This document shows, piece by piece, positions 57,102 through 64,000 of a DNA stretch of 64,000 nt. This DNA comes from an uncultured virus (IMG/VR IMGVR_UViG_2061766007_000171) (lineage: Duplodnaviria > Heunggongvirae > Uroviricota > Caudoviricetes). The position numbers and the translations under genes are program-made. The notes below the pieces were generated by a model. It had not been told where the DNA came from. It made no database searches and was given only the letters and a program-made list of their open reading frames with translations. Position 1 is the stretch's first letter. Each line of letters opens with the position of its first letter. The stretch lies in IMG/VR virus record IMGVR_UViG_2061766007_000171; one strand, written 5' to 3'.

Positions 57102-60100
57102 TCGCGACCCTCATCACTCTCTGCATATCTGCTTCAGATCCCGCATCCTTACCGGTATTCACCTGCCAAAGGCCCCTTACATTCAACATATTATGTAGGC
57201 CAGCAAGCATCTGTTGATACGTATTCGCATCGAATTCCTTCAGACTGCCATCTGCTGCACGATATTGCAGAGTATTTCCGTTGAATTTCGGTACACCGTT
57301 CTTGTCCAACATAATGGACATCGAGGGAGTGAGTGAGTTCCCGTCCCTCTGTTTACCTCCGCTCAAGGAATATGTCCCGTCTCCATTGTCTACAATATTG
57401 CCGAATGTACCGTTGATGTAGGCCTGACAGGCCATATTCACCAATCTCGCTCTGGTCACATCATCCGCAGGTGTGTTCTCCAAGACCGCCATGAGATCAT
57501 TGTATCTATTCCAGTATTGAACAGGATCAGACGGCCAATCTCTGGGATCGCGACTCGGCCCGTATTTATCATCCCACGATGGGCCTGCCCCATATGAAGC
57601 ATCGAACCATGACGGCGGAATGCGAGCCGCACTTTGCGGCGCGCCCCCACCTCCCGTCTCCCTTACAGCATCGACGATGTTCTGAGTATTCTCCTTGTTC
57701 TCTCTCGACACCTTATTCGCATTATCTTTGAATTCTTCAAGCAATTTTGCCGTATTGGGATCACCGTTCTCGATGGCCTTCTTGATCTCATCCAATTTAT
57801 CAACGAATGCTGAGAAACCCCCTGACATGGCAGGGTTCGCTTTAGCAGCCTCTATGAAAGCATCCTTGAATTTCTCGATCATCGGGTCGATGACATTCTG
57901 CTGAAGCCTCATATCTCCGTTCGGATCATTATCCAACAGGTCGTATATACTCCCGATACCGTCTGCCATCGCGCCAAGTGTATCTATCATCGCAGCACGG
58001 TAGGTGGCATCATCCGCTTTCATATCCTTGAGCAATTTCAATGCATTGGTGTGGAATGCAAGCACCTGGCCATTGACCCTGTTCACAGCTGTTTGAACAT
58101 CTTTTGAACCGCTCTGCATTGATTGATCCAACTCATGGATGCTGCCAAGAATGTCACGCATACCGATCCTCTTGTAGAACGGCTTGGTCGGATCACCGAT
58201 TATATCCGGAAGATCCATCTCGTTCTGAATGTCTATAGCAACACCAAGCACAGATGGGAGCCTCATAATGTTCTTGACCCTGGGTACATTGCCACCATTA
58301 GCTGCGATACTGGGGTGGTTGTATTCCATCGGCACATCCTTAAGTTCATGCTCAAATATGCTCATGAATTTGTTGACCTGCTGATTTATGTAGCTTTCAT
58401 CGAACACCTCCGCATAGGTCAAAGGATCGCCTGTGATCGGATCGATCTTTTGGTTTCCATTTTTGTCCACATACGGCTGATTGCCCTTCTTCTTCACCGC
58501 ATTCATTATAGATTGACGGAACGCATGGGCTCTTTTGATCGAAAGCATAGCATCCTGAGTATTCTTGGCAATGGTGTACGCATTCTGCTCTTCCTGGGTA
58601 AGGGGCCTCTGCTGACTGAGCAGATAGTATTTTCTCGCATCCTCCGACGCTGCATTATAAATATCATCTGCAACTTTGATCGGAACATTACCTGCAAGAA
58701 TGGCCCCTGCCAGCCCCTGCTTCTTGATATAGTTCCTCTGTGACAGATCTTTAAGCCCCACGATCCTTTGTAAGGCAGGCTGCGACTCATTGACCTTATT
58801 ATTCAGCTTAGCCAGAGACGCATCATCAAGGAGCCCTTCTTTGATCACGGTATTCTTCTTAAGTAGGTCATCATATATCTGGTCATATAATGCTGCGTTC
58901 TGGACATATTCTGGGTTGTTACTCTCCTTCATGTCCTTGATGTGCTTGATCATAGCATTGGTAGCCATAGGTGTCGGGACACGAGTGAGATTACCGTTTG
59001 CATCGATAGACTCTGTGTAGAGTTTTTGGTCATACCACGTGTTATATGAATATTGATCAGGAGGTGTATCGATGGCGTTTTTACCGAACAGGTAATCCAC
59101 CATCTCCATCGTTTTCGCAGCCTTCGGATCTGCCTGTTGAAGATTCTTATGCTGCTCTCTAGCTGCGTCGATCAACTCCTCGATCGTTGCAGCCTTCATC
59201 TGCTCCATAGCTCTCTTTTCGTGCCTGATATCCTCTTGTGCACGCTTCTTCTCTTGCCCAGCATTGAATCTGTTCTTCTTGGCCTGCTTCTCGATAAGAC
59301 CGAAAGTGCTCTTGAATTTCTCCGCAAGCTGTGCTCCTGCCGGGTTATCGGCACCGATCATGTCCAATCTATTCAAGAACGGTTGCCATTCCCTTGTAAG
59401 CTGATCTGTGAATTGATCCAGCTCCTGCGGAGTCATCTGGCTAAGATCCTTATCACCGAAATTGTCATGTATGATCTTACCCATCGATGCCGTCATATTG
59501 TTGACGATATGCTTACCGATCTTCTCATTACCCTTGGCGACGAACCCCTTGACCAATTCATCTGCGACATTCATCGCTTCCGCGGTCGCGGTAAGCATCG
59601 TCTGAGCTTCATTCAACCCCAAAGGTGAGGGATTGAGCATGGCACCAAGAACACCTTTGGCGATATCCAGTCCTTTGTTGATATATTCCCCGACTTTACC
59701 CAACCCATTGATGAAATCTCCGGCCCCGTTGAGAACACTTATGAATTTTTCCGATCTCTCTTTATTCCTCTCAGGATCGCCGGTGAGTTCTTTTTTATCT
59801 GACTCGAACTCATCCATCTCTTCAACGACTTTGGCCCCCTCTTCCCAAGCCTTCTTTTTAGCCTCGGCCGGATCCATACCCTCGTCGACAGCATCATCAT
59901 ACCATTGTTTTGCGGCCTTATCGACATTAGAGAACCATTCCTCGATCTCCTCCGGATCGATATCTTCCATATCTCCTGCCATCTTGCCTTTGGCATATTC
60001 CTCGGCCTTACTCTTCACCCACTCTCTGGCCTCTTCTTTACTGATAAAACTCTCATCGCCATGCTTATCCCACCAGTCATCCATTGCCAGAAAAGCCTCG

Positions 60101-60642
60101 TTACGATACTTCTTCGCCTCTTCCTTCTCAAAGAATCTCTGCCTGGCCTCTTCCACCTTCTCAGGGGTCACATCCTTGGCCTCATCGGTGGTGGTGCCCT
60201 CTTTTCCTTTTTCTGCATCTACCGTCTCTTCTGCAGGCTTCTCGGCCGTTTCCTTTGCCGGCTCTTCTTCACCCTCATCACTCTCGGCGGCCTCTCTCGC
60301 CATTGCTCTGGCATCACCCGTGTTATCATCACTTCCTGTGTCAGAAGGCGCCTCTTCTTCAGCAGCCTCCCTTGCCATCGCCCTAGCATCGCCTGTGCTA
60401 TCATCTTTGGTCTCTGTGGCAGGTGCCCCCCCTTCTTCAGCAGCCTCCCTTGCCATCGCTCTGGCATCGCCAGCAGTATCATTCTCCGTCTTAGGAGGCT
60501 CAGCCTGTGCAGCCTCCTCCTTCTTTTTCTTCGACGGTGCACCTGCAGGTGGAATGGTATCCTCTTTCTTAGGATCCTCAACGGGCTCATCATCAGCCCT
60601 TTTGAAAGATGAAGACCTCTTAGTCTTCTTAGATGACGTCAT
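57076..60642 (-). CDS. 1188-aa helical protein with acidic repeat N-terminus; putative virion/ejection protein
   Basis: Long ORF; three GDARAMAREAAE repeats; TTTTATACT 21 nt upstream. Confidence 0.65.
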   Translation of the reverse strand: MTSSKKTKRSSSFKRADDEPVEDPKKEDTIPPAGAPSKKKKEEAAQAEPPKTENDTAGDARAMAREAAEEGGAPATETKDDSTGDARAMAREAAEEEAPSDTGSDDNTGDARAMAREAAESDEGEEEPAKETAEKPAEETVDAEKGKEGTTTDEAKDVTPEKVEEARQRFFEKEEAKKYRNEAFLAMDDWWDKHGDESFISKEEAREWVKSKAEEYAKGKMAGDMEDIDPEEIEEWFSNVDKAAKQWYDDAVDEGMDPAEAKKKAWEEGAKVVEEMDEFESDKKELTGDPERNKERSEKFISVLNGAGDFINGLGKVGEYINKGLDIAKGVLGAMLNPSPLGLNEAQTMLTATAEAMNVADELVKGFVAKGNEKIGKHIVNNMTASMGKIIHDNFGDKDLSQMTPQELDQFTDQLTREWQPFLNRLDMIGADNPAGAQLAEKFKSTFGLIEKQAKKNRFNAGQEKKRAQEDIRHEKRAMEQMKAATIEELIDAAREQHKNLQQADPKAAKTMEMVDYLFGKNAIDTPPDQYSYNTWYDQKLYTESIDANGNLTRVPTPMATNAMIKHIKDMKESNNPEYVQNAALYDQIYDDLLKKNTVIKEGLLDDASLAKLNNKVNESQPALQRIVGLKDLSQRNYIKKQGLAGAILAGNVPIKVADDIYNAASEDARKYYLLSQQRPLTQEEQNAYTIAKNTQDAMLSIKRAHAFRQSIMNAVKKKGNQPYVDKNGNQKIDPITGDPLTYAEVFDESYINQQVNKFMSIFEHELKDVPMEYNHPSIAANGGNVPRVKNIMRLPSVLGVAIDIQNEMDLPDIIGDPTKPFYKRIGMRDILGSIHELDQSMQSGSKDVQTAVNRVNGQVLAFHTNALKLLKDMKADDATYRAAMIDTLGAMADGIGSIYDLLDNDPNGDMRLQQNVIDPMIEKFKDAFIEAAKANPAMSGGFSAFVDKLDEIKKAIENGDPNTAKLLEEFKDNANKVSRENKENTQNIVDAVRETGGGGAPQSAARIPPSWFDASYGAGPSWDDKYGPSRDPRDWPSDPVQYWNRYNDLMAVLENTPADDVTRARLVNMACQAYINGTFGNIVDNGDGTYSLSGGKQRDGNSLTPSMSIMLDKNGVPKFNGNTLQYRAADGSLKEFDANTYQQMLAGLHNMLNVRGLWQVNTGKDAGSEADMQRVMRVAINLANANQ
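60283..60472 (-). repeat. three copies of a coding repeat (GDARAMAREAAE)
   Basis: gcagcctcccttgccatcgc...gcatcgcc repeated with synonymous changes. Confidence 0.85.
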
Positions 60643-60683
60643 GATACGAGAGATGTATTATAAGTATAAAAAAGGGAAGTGGT

Positions 60684-61115
60684 TTAGTCCAGAGAGATCA
60701 CTCTGAACGATGAATAGAACGCCGGACGAGGGATATTCACAACAGAGACTATGAAGGCGATGTATTCCTCTGCAGACATGAACGATCTGCAGCGTTTCCA
60801 GCAATCTTCGACTGCTCCCTCTTCAATATTGATCGGCAATGTGAAGAACCTTACTCTGCCGCCAGGCAAAGTAAGCCTGTAGACAGGGGGCAGCATTCCG
60901 CTGACCGATCCCGGACGGCGTCTTGAATGCTCCGTCAGAGTCTGTTTGATGTAAGCTAATTCAGATGCCTTGTCCCTTGTAACATCGGTTTGTTCCGGTT
61001 CTTCGGCCACTTCTGTCTCTTGCACAGGCTCTTCTGCAACGGTCTCCTCAACGACCTCTGGCACATCTTCGATCACAGGATCTTCGACCGCAGTCTTCTT
61101 TCTTCCGCGACTCAT
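60684..61115 (-). CDS. hypothetical protein with acidic N-terminus
   Basis: ATGA overlap with the upstream gene. Confidence 0.55.
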   Translation of the reverse strand: MSRGRKKTAVEDPVIEDVPEVVEETVAEEPVQETEVAEEPEQTDVTRDKASELAYIKQTLTEHSRRRPGSVSGMLPPVYRLTLPGGRVRFFTLPINIEEGAVEDCWKRCRSFMSAEEYIAFIVSVVNIPRPAFYSSFRVISLD

Positions 61116-61495
61116 ATGCGCCACTCCCTGATCGAGAAATATTTCTCCATGATGTAGTGGTTGGCTCTGTTCTTGATAAGATCCAAGGATAAGACATATC
61201 CGCCGTCAGTGGCCAACTGGACCATCTTCTTCGCCTTCTTCTCGAATTCAGCATCGGAGAAGTATCCGACGATATCTACCTTGTTCAGGACATTATCCTT
61301 GAATTCCTTGACTCCTCCGACCGGCAGGTTCTTCGCAGGAACTATCGCAGCATATGATGCAGTATCTTCCGAGTACTGTCCTTTATTCAGTGCGGCGAAC
61401 ACCTTGGTCAGCACACGCATCTCCCCCATCCTGAGGGTCGCGCCTTCCTTATCCAGATCGCCTTTGTGGAATGCAATCTCGATGTAATCCTTCAT
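61112..61495 (-). CDS. hypothetical protein
   Basis: GGAGGTGA SD and ATGA overlap at 61495. Confidence 0.6.
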   Translation of the reverse strand: MKDYIEIAFHKGDLDKEGATLRMGEMRVLTKVFAALNKGQYSEDTASYAAIVPAKNLPVGGVKEFKDNVLNKVDIVGYFSDAEFEKKAKKMVQLATDGGYVLSLDLIKNRANHYIMEKYFSIREWRI

Positions 61496-61719
61496 TGCGT
61501 CGTCACCTCCGCCGGTGTCACCATCTCTGCTTCCCAGTTGCCCCCCTCCGTCAGATGCTCCCTCGACAGGATTATGTATCCGATCTTCCCGAAAGCATCC
61601 AGGCCCCCTGGTTTGAACAGTTCGTTCCAATAATTCTCCATGTCCTTGCTCTGCTGAAACCCCATTTGGAAGACAGTAAGTCCAGCAGGTGTGTATGCCC
61701 TTATGCGGTAATTTTCCAT
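61492..61719 (-). CDS. hypothetical protein
   Basis: Tiles the operon. Confidence 0.55.
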   Translation of the reverse strand: MENYRIRAYTPAGLTVFQMGFQQSKDMENYWNELFKPGGLDAFGKIGYIILSREHLTEGGNWEAEMVTPAEVTTQ

Positions 61720-61720
61720 A

Positions 61721-61918
61721 TCAAATCGCCCTCTCTTCTTTGATTATCTGTAAGAATGTCATCATTGTATCGATACAATCCACAGGTATGAACCCCATCT
61801 CTTGGATCATGACACTGTCATCTATGACCCGACTGTAGTAATAACCACGCTTTGCCGGACTATAATGAAAGACCAGATCATCAATCCTGTGGCTCTGCAG
61901 CATCTGTTTCCTCCTCAT
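61721..61918 (-). CDS. hypothetical protein
   Basis: Tiles the operon. Confidence 0.5.
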   Translation of the reverse strand: MRRKQMLQSHRIDDLVFHYSPAKRGYYYSRVIDDSVMIQEMGFIPVDCIDTMMTFLQIIKEERAI

Positions 61919-62135
61919 CTCTCATGGCACTGGCGAGAATGTTCCCTTCCTCACTCTTCACGGCAACTTTGTAGATCGATGCCAAAGTCCTATCCCCTTT
62001 TGATCCTAGTGCCTTTGCGAGACGTGCCTGTGCAACAAGATCGTTCATCTTGATCTCTGCTTCTTCTAATGTATCGAACGCAGCGGCATATACAGGCCTC
62101 GCCTCTTTAGTGGTATAACAATACACTCTGAGCAC
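61881..62135 (-). CDS. hypothetical protein
   Basis: Tiles the operon. Confidence 0.5.
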   Translation of the reverse strand: MLRVYCYTTKEARPVYAAAFDTLEEAEIKMNDLVAQARLAKALGSKGDRTLASIYKVAVKSEEGNILASAMRDEEETDAAEPQD

Positions 62136-62136
62136 T

Positions 62137-62382
62137 TCATGCCCCCCGTATAAGATCCATGTAATCCGGGAGGGTCATGGCGGGCAGTCTACTGCCGTTG
62201 ATGATGACCACAGGGAACTGTGCGTTCAGTATCCCCAGATAGGCCATCTCGGCCACATCATCGTCATTATCAGGATCGAACATCCTGCTCTCATATACGA
62301 TCTTCTCCTTGTCAAGTATCATCTTGAGATGTTTGCAGTTCGGACAATTCGGTATGCTCAGTATCTTCAAGCTCTCCAGCAT
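62137..62382 (-). CDS. glutaredoxin/NrdH-like protein
   Basis: CPNC active site; FPVVIING cis-Pro motif; 81 aa. Confidence 0.8.
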   Translation of the reverse strand: MLESLKILSIPNCPNCKHLKMILDKEKIVYESRMFDPDNDDDVAEMAYLGILNAQFPVVIINGSRLPAMTLPDYMDLIRGA

Positions 62383-62391
62383 TTGGCTCCC

Positions 62392-62643
62392 TCAGTATGT
62401 TCCGATATATACCTCAACGATATATAATGTGTTCACAAGATGCACCCTCCCGACTGCATCGTACATCTCAACGAATTGCGGCTTGTCCGCCGACCATTCA
62501 TTCAGCTCTTTGACCTTGTTGATCAGCTTCTGCGTCTCCGTAGGCCAATCCTTCAGTGTGTATGTGTATACGCCATTACCTGAATTGATCCTGGCGAATA
62601 CAGTGCTTTCTATCACTCTCATTCTGTTCCTCTCCTGTTCCAT
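62392..62643 (-). CDS. hypothetical protein
   Basis: Tiles the operon. Confidence 0.5.
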   Translation of the reverse strand: MEQERNRMRVIESTVFARINSGNGVYTYTLKDWPTETQKLINKVKELNEWSADKPQFVEMYDAVGRVHLVNTLYIVEVYIGTY

Positions 62644-62873
62644 GCTGAGACCGCCTCTTCCGGTATGTCCACCCTCGACATCAGCCCGCATTCCGGGCAT
62701 CTGATCTGTATCTGCCCCTCCACTTCCTCGTCCATCACAGGCTCTTTGCCGCAGCAGGGACAAGGCAGAGGCTTGTCCAGGATCAGCATCTTAAGACGTC
62801 TGGCGATGGCAGCCGGTTCCTCGATGTCCAGTCTTTCGATTATCTCCTCAATGTCTTTCTTGTCTATCTCCAT
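62619..62873 (-). CDS. Lar-like Zn-ribbon protein
   Basis: PLPCPCCG...IRCPECG...EEAVSAWNRR. Confidence 0.7.
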   Translation of the reverse strand: MEIDKKDIEEIIERLDIEEPAAIARRLKMLILDKPLPCPCCGKEPVMDEEVEGQIQIRCPECGLMSRVDIPEEAVSAWNRRGTE

Positions 62874-63003
62874 CCTTATCCCTCGCTGCCCATTTCGCTT
62901 CCACGAGCAAGAATGCCCCATCACGTTCTACCCACATCGTTCCGTCCAGCATCGTCTGTCCGTTGACGAAGTACTCCGGTCTGTCAAAGAATATCTCATT
63001 CAT
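62848..63003 (-). CDS. hypothetical protein (51 aa, not in the ORF track)
   Basis: MNEIFFDRPEY...; ATGA overlap with the upstream gene. Confidence 0.45.
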   Translation of the reverse strand: MNEIFFDRPEYFVNGQTMLDGTMWVERDGAFLLVEAKWAARDKDGDRQERH

Positions 63004-63293
63004 CTTGCCACCTTCTTTGCGATCTCCTCTGTGAGATCATTCATCCTGTTAAGAAGTTTTAGGAATTCCTTATCTTCAAGGACCTCGTCCCCATCCAATG
63101 CCAGGATGGATTTGGTCAGGAACATGACACCTATGGACATGTCCAGCCCGCTCAGCAAGGCACTCTTCAATTCCTCCAGTCTCTTCCTGGTCTCGAACTC
63201 CTTGACGGCCCTCTCCGCCTCCTCGCGGCGCTTCAGCCTGGCCTCCAGCTTGAGGTCGTCCCTATCCGGGACTATCTTGAAATCCTCGGTCAT
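63000..63293 (-). CDS. hypothetical coiled-coil protein
   Basis: 97 aa abutting the PCNA-like gene. Confidence 0.55.
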   Translation of the reverse strand: MTEDFKIVPDRDDLKLEARLKRREEAERAVKEFETRKRLEELKSALLSGLDMSIGVMFLTKSILALDGDEVLEDKEFLKLLNRMNDLTEEIAKKVAR

Positions 63294-64000
63294 CAGTATT
63301 CCTCCGGGATCTGCGGTGCCAGGAGCATCCTTGTGTAGAACGTGTCGGTATCCACCGTCAGCTCTATCGGGCAGTTGGTATCGAATCCTACTGTCACGAT
63401 GGCATCCTTCGGCACCGCCAGGATCATCGGTATCAGCGCATCGACGCTGAACCCCGCATGTGCCTGTTCGACCTCCTCCTGCAATGCTACGGTGTCACAT
63501 TCCAGCATGTCCTCGAAGGATTCTCTCTCATCCTCCACCTTGGCGATCAGTCCATTGCCTGTAAGTGTCAGCTCAAGCCCGTTGACGCCTTTGAAGTCCT
63601 TGATCTGCTTCTGTTTGAAGAATTTGATCAGATCCGCAGCCTCGATGAGCATCGTCGACATGGGAGTGTATTTAGGTAATGTCTTCACGGCATCGTTAGC
63701 GTCCAGCCCGTCGAGACGGACGGTCTGCTTGCGTTTGTCGCATGTCACCGTCAGCCTTCCGTCGCCGACGACGATGTCGGGCTGTGTTCCCGGAGTCAGC
63801 GCTTCGGGGAAGAACGCATTCTTCACACTGAACCCATCCCCTTTGACATACCCGTCAGGGAATGCACCCTCCGGCAGCTTGCTGTACACCGCCGAGATCC
63901 TGCTGTCGCTGCGCGACCACACCCCCCAGCCGTCGTCCTCAGGGACTATCGAGATACCGTACGCACCCTGCGAGGCTGCCACGGCACACGCATCCAACAA
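63293..64000 (-). CDS. divergent PCNA-like DNA sliding clamp (5' end probably outside the window)
   Basis: About 240 aa; AF..Y, LPK interdomain loop, AGFSVDALIPMI.A...VTVGFDTNCPI...LLAPQI match the PCNA layout. Confidence 0.7.
   Translation of the reverse strand: MLDACAVAASQGAYGISIVPEDDGWGVWSRSDSRISAVYSKLPEGAFPDGYVKGDGFSVKNAFFPEALTPGTQPDIVVGDGRLTVTCDKRKQTVRLDGLDANDAVKTLPKYTPMSTMLIEAADLIKFFKQKQIKDFKGVNGLELTLTGNGLIAKVEDERESFEDMLECDTVALQEEVEQAHAGFSVDALIPMILAVPKDAIVTVGFDTNCPIELTVDTDTFYTRMLLAPQIPEEY

Noticed and set aside
59633..60706. Long plus-strand ORFs (357 aa here; also 20107..20859, 54166..54912 on -, 62665..63450)
   Set aside because: Ser/Phe/Leu-rich antisense shadows of well-supported genes on the opposite strand.
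1..64000. Provirus boundary or att site
   Set aside because: No integrase, tRNA or host gene in the window, so lifestyle cannot be determined.

Overview
The whole 64 kb reads as part of one tailed dsDNA virus genome (Caudoviricetes, siphovirus-like gene order). I saw no host housekeeping genes, integrase, rRNA, tRNA or CRISPR array. An archaeal host is supported by GGAGGTGA-type Shine-Dalgarno sites, TATA boxes about 21-26 nt upstream of many starts, a PCNA-like clamp, and BspA-type LRR / InlB-B-type repeats. The last point to Methanomassiliicoccales (inference). Minus strand, reading left to right: head module (decoration protein, MCP, scaffold, ChaB-protease fusion, portal, TerL/TerS, 1598-aa protein); a hypervariable array of about 30 small genes joined by a repeated junction motif (17-25.6 kb); receptor-binding/fibre cassettes (25.6-37 kb); tail module with a clear -1 frameshift chaperone (37.5-47.6 kb); VirE-type ATPase and ParB-like gene. 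A candidate origin follows at about 50.6-50.8 kb. Plus strand: D5-like helicase, interrupted SNF2 helicase, ERF, YqaJ, SSB-like, VRR-NUC. The right end holds a 1188-aa protein, small genes and PCNA on the minus strand. Seven 10-N scaffold gaps mean some local duplications are probably strain haplotypes. Best leads: (1) five small receptor-tip-like genes sharing an N-terminal MK(G/S)(S/A)TNS peptide, with a G8-tract leader; (2) an encapsulin-type ferritin-like domain on the giant head-module protein, plus shared putative protease sites; (3) a GGC-TAA-C-GGC interruption in the SNF2 Walker A that looks like a ribosomal stop-hop; (4) the junction-motif cassette array. All product calls come from reading motifs by eye; no searches were run.
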